Shown here piece after piece: positions 1 through 10,400 of a stretch of DNA of 64,000 nt. Source of the DNA: Alphaproteobacteria bacterium (GTDB taxonomy: Bacteria; Pseudomonadota; Alphaproteobacteria; RF32; CAG-239); assembly GCA_017460085.1 (NCBI GenBank), contig JAFUBQ010000007.1, positions 1,046 to 65,045 on the forward strand, read 5' to 3'. Position 1 is the first letter of the stretch, and the number at the start of each line of letters is the position of its first letter. The notes beneath the pieces are model-generated. The model did not search any database. It saw only the letters and a list, made by a program, of their open reading frames with translations, and had not been told where the DNA came from. Both the position numbers and the translations under genes were made by a program.

Positions 1-985
1 GGTAAAAGTCGGCGGCTATCTTTCGGCGCATAAAGGAGTTAATTTGCCAAATGTAAAATTGCCGATTTCCGCCATTACCGAAAAAGATAAAAAAGATTTG
101 GAATTTGCCCTTAATCTGGGTGTTGATTGGGTTTGCCTCTCTTTTGTGCAAAGTGTTCAAGATGTGCGTACGGCACGTAAATTAATTGGTAACCGCGCAT
201 GGATTATATCTAAATTAGAAAAACCAAGTGCTGTTGATGAGCTTGATTTAGTTGTTCGAGAATCAGACGGAATTATGGTTGCCAGAGGCGATTTAGGGGT
301 TGAATGCCCAATTCAAACAGTTCCGGTTTTGCAAAAACGCATTGTAAAAACTTGCCGCAAATATGGCAGACCGGTCATTGTGGCAACTCAAATGCTGGAA
401 TCAATGATTGTTAACCCTACCCCTACCCGTGCCGAAGTTTCCGATGTGGCAACCGCCGTATTTGACGGTGCCGATGCCGTCATGCTTTCAGCTGAAACAG
501 CTGCCGGTGCTTATCCGGCAGAAGCTGTGGCTATGATGCATCAAATTATTACTCAAGTGGAAGATGATGCCTCATATTATGCACGCGTACAAATAGATAA
601 AGATTTATCCGACTGTGATGATATGGCCGATGCCATTACCTATGCCGCCAGTGAAATGAGCAATGTCTTACCGAATATTGCCGCCACCGTAACTTATTCG
701 GCTACCGGATTCACCACTGTTTCTATGGCGCGTGAGCGTCCATCTTTGCCAATTGTAGCCATTACTCTAACGCCGGAAGTAGCTCAACGGCTTGGTTTGG
801 TTTGGGGCGTAAGAGCATTTGTTAATCCTGAAGTATTTACCGATATTACCAAGTTGCAGGAAACTGCGTTGAAAATTGCTAAAGAAGCAAAAATCGGCAA
901 AAAAGGTGAATATCTTGTTATCACCGCCGGGTATCCGATTGGCGTTCCTCGTATGACAAACTTGATTTATACCGTGCAGTTGTAG
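1..985 (+). CDS. pyk: Pyruvate kinase, 5'-partial (runs off the left edge)
   Basis: Frame is open from base 2 (VKVGGYLSAHKGVNLP). Motifs IISKLEKP, DGIMVARGDLGVE, ATQMLESM, PTRAEVSDVA and DAVMLSAETA. Confidence 0.97.
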   Translation, partial: VKVGGYLSAHKGVNLPNVKLPISAITEKDKKDLEFALNLGVDWVCLSFVQSVQDVRTARKLIGNRAWIISKLEKPSAVDELDLVVRESDGIMVARGDLGVECPIQTVPVLQKRIVKTCRKYGRPVIVATQMLESMIVNPTPTRAEVSDVATAVFDGADAVMLSAETAAGAYPAEAVAMMHQIITQVEDDASYYARVQIDKDLSDCDDMADAITYAASEMSNVLPNIAATVTYSATGFTTVSMARERPSLPIVAITLTPEVAQRLGLVWGVRAFVNPEVFTDITKLQETALKIAKEAKIGKKGEYLVITAGYPIGVPRMTNLIYTVQL

Positions 986-998
986 CAATTATGAATGT

Positions 999-1970
999 TT
1001 ACATACCTGTATGTATGTTTAGCTGTAGAAGCCGCACAATAGAGCAAACCGTATAAAATTGCTCAAAAGCTAAATCTATGTTTTGTTTGCGTAAATTACT
1101 TTTGAAAAATGAATTTGTTTCAAACATATTTTGTTTGGTTGCAATGGCAATCAGCAGTTTATTATTATTAAAACTGAACTGAATACTTTTTCCTTCATAA
1201 AGTTTTTGCAGTTTCAGCAAACGTTCCATAAAAGCAGTGGTCAATAAATAGCGCGCTTCTATTTGATTATCGGCATATATTTCAAAAATTTTTTCAAAGC
1301 GGATATCTTCTAAGCGCACATTTTGCAAACCTTCCGGCCGGCAAAACATATTAAACAACCCACGGTCGCACAAACCAATTGTTTGTCCTCTGAAATTTTT
1401 ATTCATTTCCAATAAAATGCACACACCGCAAAATACATTTTTTTTATGTTCATAGCTAATGTTCATAATTGCCATGTCTTGTGGTTTTTGCAATTTTTCC
1501 TCTGCTATGGTAATTTTAACTCCGTCATATATGCCGCAAAAATAATCGTCACCTTGATTAATTGTAAAGTCTTTAAATAGTTTGGATTGACGCAAAATTT
1601 CACTATCTATTGTTTGCTCAAAAACATATTCAAACGTCCCGAAAAAATTAGCAAAAGTTGGCATAATTTGATTTTTAACTTTCTTTTTATAGCGATGTAT
1701 CGGGGCATATAAAAGCATTACAAACAAGCCGGAAACCAACAAAACAGGTCCTACATCAGCACTTTCAAACTGCGCCATAATCCATATTGTTGCAACAATT
1801 AAAAGCGGATAAAAAATTAGCGACAATCCAAATAATAAAAAAAAGCGAGTTAGATATTTACGGCGTATTTTTTCTTGTTCCTGCAATAATGGGTGCAAAT
1901 TTGTTTGATAATATATCTCAAACTTTTGCTTTGCTGTTTGATATTCGATGTTTGCGTTCTTGTCAAACAT
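999..1970 (-). CDS. DUF3137-like membrane protein (LemA-associated)
   Basis: Two N-terminal TM helices; motifs GDDYFCG, LEMNKNFRG, VRLED..FEKIF, NQIEARYLLT; lies downstream of lemA. Confidence 0.75.
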   Translation of the reverse strand: MFDKNANIEYQTAKQKFEIYYQTNLHPLLQEQEKIRRKYLTRFFLLFGLSLIFYPLLIVATIWIMAQFESADVGPVLLVSGLFVMLLYAPIHRYKKKVKNQIMPTFANFFGTFEYVFEQTIDSEILRQSKLFKDFTINQGDDYFCGIYDGVKITIAEEKLQKPQDMAIMNISYEHKKNVFCGVCILLEMNKNFRGQTIGLCDRGLFNMFCRPEGLQNVRLEDIRFEKIFEIYADNQIEARYLLTTAFMERLLKLQKLYEGKSIQFSFNNNKLLIAIATKQNMFETNSFFKSNLRKQNIDLAFEQFYTVCSIVRLLQLNIHTGM

Positions 1971-2890
1971 TATGCTCCCCTGGCAGAAAGTTCCTGCATT
2001 AGTTCAATAAACATAAACACTTCCGCAAATTTTTTATGTAAATTTTTAAAGCTTTCTTTTTTAATTTTAGGCTGCCAAAGGCCGTTTTTTTCAGAATACA
2101 ACGTGCTGCTTTCCATATAAACAAATACCTTATTTTCATTTAAGTATAAATAGATTTTATTGGTTTTGAAAACATCTCGCACATCTAATATTTTTTCAAA
2201 AAAAGGCGAACACAACAGTTTTTTAGGCGCATATTGTTCCGGTGAAAAAATATTAAAATAAGCGGCTGCCGGAATAAAAATTTGTTCGTTAAGCAATGTC
2301 ATATTTTCATATTTGTTTTTGTGATAAAAACCACCTTTGGCAAATAGCAAAATTTGATGCTGTATATTTTGCGGCAACAATATTTCTGCCACAACTCCAC
2401 GACCAACCGTTTTAGTTTGGCGTTTGTAGATAACCTCAGAAAGCTTTACATCGGCACCGCAATACGTTCCTTTTGCTCCATGTTCGGTTTGCACTTTGTC
2501 GTGCAAAGGTAAAATCGGCATATGTGCGCCTTGAAAAACTGTTTCAGACGGCGATAAACTTTGCCAGTCACCATAAAAACGCAAATATTCGGCAAAAATA
2601 TCCGGATGCTGCTTTTTTTTATATTGTCTAAGCGGCCATATAACAACTAAAATAGCTGCTATTAGCAAAAACAATATTTGTTCAATATTCAATGGATGTT
2701 CGTATATCAGATGATTAAACAAAACAAACAATGTATTGGCGCAAATCAAAAACATCATTGTCCACAAAAAGCCCCAAAAACGCCCACGGTACGTGTCTTT
2801 AAGTTTATTAGACTGCTCAATTAAAGGAACTATCTTCTTGTTTAAATATTGTTCAAATAAATCATCTTCAGAATTTTGCGCTTCAGTCAT
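1970..2890 (-). CDS. Divergent DUF3137-like membrane protein
   Basis: Same two-TM plus soluble-domain layout as the neighbour. Start moved to MTEAQ (2890) to avoid overlap with lemA. Confidence 0.6.
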   Translation of the reverse strand: MTEAQNSEDDLFEQYLNKKIVPLIEQSNKLKDTYRGRFWGFLWTMMFLICANTLFVLFNHLIYEHPLNIEQILFLLIAAILVVIWPLRQYKKKQHPDIFAEYLRFYGDWQSLSPSETVFQGAHMPILPLHDKVQTEHGAKGTYCGADVKLSEVIYKRQTKTVGRGVVAEILLPQNIQHQILLFAKGGFYHKNKYENMTLLNEQIFIPAAAYFNIFSPEQYAPKKLLCSPFFEKILDVRDVFKTNKIYLYLNENKVFVYMESSTLYSEKNGLWQPKIKKESFKNLHKKFAEVFMFIELMQELSARGA

Positions 2891-2900
2891 TTTTATTCTT

Positions 2901-3467
2901 TCAATTAAAATAATCCTTTGCATTAACCGGCATACGTTCAGATTCGGCAGCTTCAAAAAACGGTGTTTTTTCATAAGTAATATGCAACCAATCGGCTATT
3001 ATACTGCTTGGAAAAATTTCCACTCTGTTTTTCAGCTCGTTAACATTGGCATTATAAAAACGCCGAGCCGCCGCAATGTGTTCCTCTACTTCGTTCATAC
3101 TTTGCATTGCAGTCATCATTGTTTGATTAGACTTCAAATCCGGATAATTCTCAACTGATAATTTAAATTCTTGCAACTTCTGATTAAGCATATTTTCTAG
3201 TGCTATTTTTTCTTGCGGATTAGCAGCAAAACTATTTTGTATGGCTTTTGTGCGCAAATCAGCAAGCTCCGTCATCAGCTTCTTTTCGTGTTCCATAAAC
3301 TTAGCAGCCATTTGCAGCATATTTGGAATTAAATCATAGCGTTTTTTAAGTTGCACATCAACATCAGCCATAGATTCATGCACTTTATTGCGACAAACAA
3401 TCAGCTGAACATACAGCACAAAAACAAACACTAATGCTAAAGCAACAATTAAGCTTAATATCATCAT
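2901..3467 (-). CDS. lemA: LemA family protein
   Basis: N-terminal TM; motifs DVQLKKRYDLIPN, ENYPDLKSN, AARRFYN, FPSSIIA; AAGGAG SD. Confidence 0.93.
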   Translation of the reverse strand: MMILSLIVALALVFVFVLYVQLIVCRNKVHESMADVDVQLKKRYDLIPNMLQMAAKFMEHEKKLMTELADLRTKAIQNSFAANPQEKIALENMLNQKLQEFKLSVENYPDLKSNQTMMTAMQSMNEVEEHIAAARRFYNANVNELKNRVEIFPSSIIADWLHITYEKTPFFEAAESERMPVNAKDYFN

Positions 3468-3576
3468 CTGAATCTCCTTTGTTCATCAAAAAAATCATAA
3501 CATTATTTAGTTAATTTTCAATAAAAACTTGCATTGAAGTTTTTTTTGTGCTAAAATAAGTCTATAAAGGGGAAAG

Positions 3577-3939
3577 ATGATGGTTAGCAATGCAACATTA
3601 AAACTTTTTGAAGAACAGTTTGCAAAAGCTGTGCAAGATAAAATTGACGCAGAACATAAAAATGATTCTGTTAAAATTGCTGAAGCTGAAAAAGCTGCAC
3701 AAGATGCGCGCGATGCTGTTGCTATTGTAAAACAACAAGAAGAAGTTACCGTTGAAATTTCAAGCGGCGGAGGTAATTTGCCTCGTAAAATGAGTGATGG
3801 CAAGCTAATTCAAACTAAGCGCGGTGTAATAAAAGATAATGAACGCGGCGCACGTGAAAATCCCGATGTTGTTAAAACTTATGAGCGTCAACGCCCAACT
3901 CGCAGCCGCCAACACGTTCGTGAGCGCTCTAGAACATAA
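3577..3939 (+). CDS. Hypothetical 120-aa protein with Arg-rich C-terminus
   Basis: AAGGGG SD, upstream TTGCAT-N17-TAAAAT promoter-like site, coding-like codon use. No family recognised. Confidence 0.7.
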   Translation: MMVSNATLKLFEEQFAKAVQDKIDAEHKNDSVKIAEAEKAAQDARDAVAIVKQQEEVTVEISSGGGNLPRKMSDGKLIQTKRGVIKDNERGARENPDVVKTYERQRPTRSRQHVRERSRT

Positions 3940-4033
3940 TTTTTGTTTTCATTCTACAAATAAATTGCGATAATCAATACATAAAATGATTGACATTTGT
4001 TTTTTTATGCCTTATACAACTGGCAAAGATGAA

Positions 4034-4107
4034 TGCTTCATCGTCTAATGGTAGGACAGCGGATTCTGACTCCGTCAATCTTGGTTCGAGTCCAGGTGAA
4101 GCAGCCA
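4034..4107 (+). tRNA. tRNA-Gln (anticodon CTG)
   Basis: Acceptor stem TGCTTCA/TGAAGCA, anticodon arm GCGGA-TTCTGAC-TCCGT, T loop TTCGAGT, encoded CCA. Confidence 0.97.
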
Positions 4108-4115
4108 ACAAAGTT

Positions 4116-4138
4116 ACGCCCTTTTGGGGCGTTTTTTT
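4116..4138 (+). terminator. Intrinsic terminator after tRNA-Gln
   Basis: ACGCCCT-TTT-GGGGCGT hairpin followed by a T run. Confidence 0.85.
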
Positions 4139-4193
4139 ATTTCAATGTATATTGTCATTTCTGCACCTAAAGCGGCGCACAAAAATATAAACA

Positions 4194-4366
4194 GTCATCC
4201 ATCTCGACTGCGCAAAGCAAAATAAAGATGTCATCGCTCTCGGATGCGCAAAGCGCAGACGAGTCAGAGAATCTACCGATTATTTTAATTCGAAGATCGC
4301 TGGACGATTCCTGCGGAATCGAGCGATGACATAAAATGGACGCACAGCGCCGCGCAAGGAATGACA
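4194..4366. repeat. Nested palindromic (REP/RPE-like) element with GTCAT...ATGAC ends
   Basis: 12-bp perfect IR ATGTCATCGCTC (4228-4239)/GAGCGATGACAT (4321-4332), inner hairpins TGCGC-AAA-GCGCA and GATTCC-TGC-GGAATC, outer imperfect GTCATCC/GGAATGAC. Confidence 0.55.
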
Positions 4367-4448
4367 TTTTTTTTATTTATAAATGCCTTGTTTTTTCGCC
4401 CAAGGGAAAAAAGCAGAGAATAAATTGTTCTCAGCTTTTTTTCGTGTT

Positions 4449-7400
4449 TTAGAATTTATATCGACAGTTCAAAATTCCGCTATGGTCGCGATAATCTTTT
4501 CTGAACAGCCCCTCATAGCCGGCACCAAATTCCCAACTATCACCGAATTCTGCCATAAAACCAAAATCTGCTTCAATGGCAAAGCGTTTCATGGCACGAC
4601 CGTCAACAACATAAGATGAACCATTCGATAATTTAACAACGTTGCCATTATTATCCCGAATAATATCATAATTTACACCTAAATGAGCTTCCGGCGTAAT
4701 AGTTGCTTCATTAGCAATTTCATACGATTTTTTCAGTTTCACACCGGCAGATGCCGTAACCACATCATTATGCACCTTACCAATGCGTTTATCATCGCTG
4801 TCCTTATAATCATCCTGAGTTATATTTACATAGCTCAAACCTAATTCCGGCGTAAGCACTGTCTTTTCAGCAACTTCAATATCATACCCTAAATTAGCCT
4901 GAGCCTGCGCTGCATAAACATCAAAGTCTGACTTTGTTGTGCCTAAAACAGAATATGCTTTACTCTTATAATCAGACCAACCATAGCTCATAAAGCCGTT
5001 AACATACCAATCAGCAGGTTTATATTCGGCGTAGAGCATTGCCATATGTGTGTCTACATCTGTGCGACGACTGCGGTTTTTAATTTCTCCGTCAGTATAT
5101 GCATATCCCAAACCAAGTTTAATATTTTGGCTTAACATTTTATCAGCACCCATAGCAATTCCGTTATTTTTGCTCTTAAATCCGGCATATCCGGCCGAAG
5201 CATCAAGTTTGCTCCGATTATGCAAAGCCTTAGACCATACAGTAATTCCGCTTGGCATATCACCCGAAGCAAGCCCCTTGTTTGCCATACTAACGCTGCT
5301 GCTAGTGCGTTCTTTGGCAGCTGATATAGCTGTGGTAATGGTGCTTAGTGTATTTTCGGTCACCATATTATTGTCATCAGGATTTGCTGCATCTAAAGCT
5401 TCAATAAATTTATTTTCTGCTCCTGCAATTTGCGATAATTCATTTAAGCCTTCAGCAACCGCATTTTGCCGTGCCGAAGTTAAGGCTTGTGCATTATCAA
5501 CAAAGGCACCCGCAGCACGGGCCGCATTAACCTTCTGCGGGTCATAACGAGTAACCGCCTTATTGGCCTTAGTTTTTTCTTCAACCATAAATTGCCCCAC
5601 TTCATTTTCCGTGAAAGCAAAGCGATTATTAGCAATGTTAACCGCATTCAAAACCCCTTCAACACTGCCGTAATCTAAGAATTTGAAGTCATACGATTTT
5701 CCGCCTGATACATCTAACGCCAGTTTTTTATTCAGCGTAACCGTCAAATTAGTCGTCGGCTTGCCGCGTGCATCAGTATCGAGCATAAGATTCCCATCTA
5801 CCAATAATTGGCCATATGTTTCCGCATCTTCAACCTTTAAGGATATGTTAGATTTGTTCGCCAATAACGCATCGCCGTTGACTATTAATTTTCCGGTGCC
5901 TAAATTCAACGTTGATGCATTGCTGCTCAAGCCCGATACCTGAACAATTCCATTATCTGCCAAAACAAGAGTTGAACGTTCAAGCGCCAAATCACCATAT
6001 GCAAAATCATTTTTATCGGCAGTTAATGTAGAATTTTTTAGCTCAGTCCGCCCAATGTTTGCAACATTTCCGGCAAACAAGCTGCTCAGTTTGTTTTTAA
6101 CGTTGCTGAATGTAATATCAACATTGCTGACATCACCGCTTATTAACGCCGCCGAATTAGCAACATTCAACGTACCGCCGTTGCCTTTCACTTCACCGTT
6201 AATTTTACCTTGCAAATTAAACACCGTATTTTCATCTAAGCTAACATCACCATTAAGTTGTTGCTTAGCAGCCAAAGCAGCAATAGCTGTGTTTGCTAAA
6301 TTAACATCAGCATTCATATTGCTGCGAATGTCTAAATAACCCTCGCCGGCAACGTTGATTTCATTGAATGTGTTATTTTTTTGCATAATAGCTTTAGTGT
6401 TTTCTATTTCTAGAACTTCGGCCGATATGCCGGTGAGTGTTGCCGTGTTATAGATATTGTTGCCCTTCTTATCCTTTGCAATATCTGAAGCATAAAATCT
6501 TATCCCAGCTTCACTGTTGATATTATTCAAAGTTGCCGTTGTTGTATCATTAATGTTTAAGTTTCCTAAAAACTCAACATTATTCATTGTTGCCCGCGCA
6601 TTTTTCACACCATAGTTGCTAATGCTTAAACCTTGCGATTTAACATTATTAAAGGTAGTATTTGCCGTCATTAACACCGACATTTCATCAATGTTGGTAT
6701 TAGAAACATTAACGCCGGCCTTAGTATTATTTTCATTATTGATATAAATACCGAAAGCTCGCAATTCATCTGAATATTCTTTTTCATTACGGCCGCGTGC
6801 CTTACCGCTCACCGTTAATGACGAGTCATTGATAGAAATACTATCGGCATAAACTTTTGCACCGGCAGCAACCTTAACGGTAGAACCGTCGCTTACTTCC
6901 ATTTTGCCGATATTTCTCTCTCCGGCAGCTAAAGTTAATGTTGCATTTTCCACATTCAAATTGTCAAATATAATATCTATGCTGTCATCAAGTGTAAGAT
7001 TCGCTTTATCTGTTACTTCAAAAGTATCAAGTGTTTCAGCTCCTCCCATATTCAGATACGTATTATATGCCTTAGCAATATCTTTTTTAGAGCTGATACC
7101 CGAAATACCAAACGAAGTGATACCGCTAAGATTAACATTATATTTATCGCTTGGTGCTGTTGCGCCTAAAATTAAGCTTCTAACTGAACCGCTTAAATCG
7201 GAATTGATAGTACCAATCCATTTAAGGCGAGCGTTTGAAAATACAATTTCGCCACCGCCGATATTGTTCAAAACCGCTCCTTTGGCAACGTCAAGTGTTG
7301 AATTATCAATATTAATGTTGCCAATAGCTTCTATAACATTCTTACCGCGAACATTTAATTTACTGCCGTCATTAAAGTTAATGTCGCCGGAATTTACTTC

Positions 7401-10400
7401 TGCATCAGCCAAATTCTTAATGGCAGATGTGCCGTTCATATTAACAACAGTATTGTTGAAAACAACATTGCCTTTAAGCCCGATAACTTCCTTTGGCAAA
7501 ATTTTACCGCGACCGGAAGTGTCACCGTCTTCAAATATAACATTTTGTTCAATGCTGCTTGAAGCATTCAAATTAACGAGTGAATTTTCAAATGTCATAT
7601 TTGCATCAATATCGCTGTATATTTCATCAGGCTCATATTTATTGCTATATTCAAAATCAGTAACTAAACGCGATTTATCATTCACATTAATTGTTGCATT
7701 AGCAATATATGCATTATTAATGCCGAAAATAGTATTTTTAGATAACGTTAGTTTATTAGAATAAATTTGCGTATTATCAAATCTGATATCTGCATCTTCA
7801 ACACTAAATGAACCGCCTGATAAATATGATTGAGATGCTTGCAGCCATGTACCTCCGGACTTAATGTTAATGCTACTGTCAACAGCTTCTAAAGTATCAC
7901 GAATTAAAATTTCTGCATATTTAGACGTATTTAATTTGGAATTTTCAAGCATCATATTTTCCATACTTAAATACTCAACAGCATTCAAATTAAGCGTTGA
8001 ATTATCATACATTGTAATATCAGGCAAATCCATTTTGAGCATTGAACCGTTAATTGTGGCCACAGCGCCATCATTTAAGTTCAAATGACCATATAATAAA
8101 CCATTATTCGACACTAAAGTTGCATTATCAATATTAATATTTTCTGCCGCCAAAGATTTATTAACTGTCAGTGCGGCTTTGTTAGAAACATTAACATCGC
8201 CTAAAATTTGATTTTCGTAAACTTTTTCTTGGCAATTATTCTCCAAATATTCATCATCATATTCATCAAGCATCCACCAATTTGCTTCATCAATATTTTC
8301 TTTTTCATACTTGTCATAAGCATAGGCCCTTGCAGCTTCACTCACTGTAAACACGGCTGAATCCAATATAACATTCGGTGCGCTTACTTTGCCGTTTGCC
8401 GCAATTGTTCCGGCAATAGTCAGTCCTTCAATATCTCCAAACATTGTCCCCTTTAGCGTAGATGATGTTTTGCCGTTTTGACCACTGCCGAGAGCCAGTT
8501 CTTTCAAACCGACAACTTCACCTTCAATTCTGCCTCCGTTCAAAATAAGAGCAGATTTTGTTTCATCATCGGCATCATTAATATATAGATTAGATTTAAG
8601 AACACCACCTAAGCTGATTTCACTACCACTGACATAAAGTGAATGTTCCGCATTTTCATTATCTGCATAAGTATTAATGCTTAAAGTTGCTCCCTTAGCC
8701 AAATTTAAGCCTGAATTTACTATTCTAACCATACCATTAGCCGCAAGAGTATTATTTTTGCCTTTAACATTCAAAATAGAACCGTTTTCAAAAGCAATAT
8801 TACCGGAAATCATTTCTTCATAGTCTTCGCCAACTTTTGCCGTGTTCTTAATTGAAGATGTGCCATTCATGTTGACTTCGGAATTATCAAATTTAATATT
8901 AGCGTTCAATGCAATATTATCATTGTACATTATCGCGGTTTCAATGGCGCTTGTTCCATTTAAATTAACAGTTGAATCGCTAAAGTTCATATCTAAAGTT
9001 TTGCTCTCATAGCGTTCGGCAAATTCTTGGAAATATGCTTCTTTGTTTTCATAATCTTGATCATCATATCCACCGGTTAACATTTTTGAATTATCATTCA
9101 AAGTTATTATTGTTCCATCAGATATATCTGCTGCACCAATTGCCCAAATTGTTCCTTTGGAAGCTGTTATATTAGCACCGCTAATCGCAGTATTAAAAAA
9201 CCCGATTTCTGAAGCAACCGCGTTCAATGTTCCGCCGCTAATATCCAAGGTACGCTCCGTTGCATCGTCATCTTCCCACATGCAGGCTGAAGATATGGTG
9301 GTTATAGTATCTTTTAGCGAAACTCCGGCAAATGGGTCTAAATCTGCTTTGTTACTGATATTAAGTTTTGAATTATTTGCCGATAGTGAGCGAACTCCCA
9401 TCCAGTCAATTGCATTCAAATTAAGCGTTGAATTATTTTTAAGTTCAATAACACCCATACTAACATCAGATGTTTTACCGCTTATGGTTGCAGTTGAATT
9501 ATTATCTAAACTCAAATTACCGTCAATACGAGCGTTGTTTGCAACCAAAATTGCTTTATTATCTAACTCAAAGGTGTCAGCGGCCAAAGCTGAATTTACG
9601 GTTAAACTTGCACCATCTTTAATTTCAACATTACCTTTAATTTGGTTATCAAAAGCATGAATTTCATATTGGTCATTGTTTGCATAATATTTTGCAACAT
9701 TCTCCCATGTTCCCAAATTTTTATACCCTTTGGCTTTTTTATCATAAGCATAATATTTTTGATTTTCTTCATCACTAATTGCAAACATGGCCGAATCTAA
9801 AATAATTTTCGGTGCCGTAGTTTTACCGTTAACAATAGAACCGGCAATGCTCAGGTTTTTAATATCAGCAAATTTCATACCTTTTAGTGTTGCTGATGTA
9901 TTACCGTTTTGACCGCTGCCGAAAGCTACAGTGTTTAAGCCGCTCACTGTGCCTTCTACCCGACCGCCGTTCAAAATGAACTTGCTGTCATGCAAAATTT
10001 CAACATCATCATCTTCAATTTTTAAATTTGCCTTCAAAACGCCTGCTAAATTAATTTCACTTCCGGCCACATGCAAAGTATTATCGCTCTCTGCTTCTAC
10101 CGCTTCCGAAATTATACTCAGCGTTGCCCCCTTAGCAATATTCAAAGCAGAATTGAGCATTTCAACCCGATTATTAGCTGAAATAACATTATTTTTGCCT
10201 TTAATATTCAAAACAGAATTGTTAGCAAATATAACATTACCCGAACCGTTTTGGTCATCATCAGATGCAATAGCCTTATTGCTGATATGCGCCGTGTCTG
10301 CCATATTTATTGTAGCACTGTCAAACACCACATTACCCCTTAAATCAGCATCTAAATAGCCTAAATCTTTATCACGCCCTTCATCGGCATATTGCAATTT

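Noticed and set aside
3990-4367. Two 66-aa ORFs
   Set aside because: They overlap tRNA-Gln and the palindromic element.
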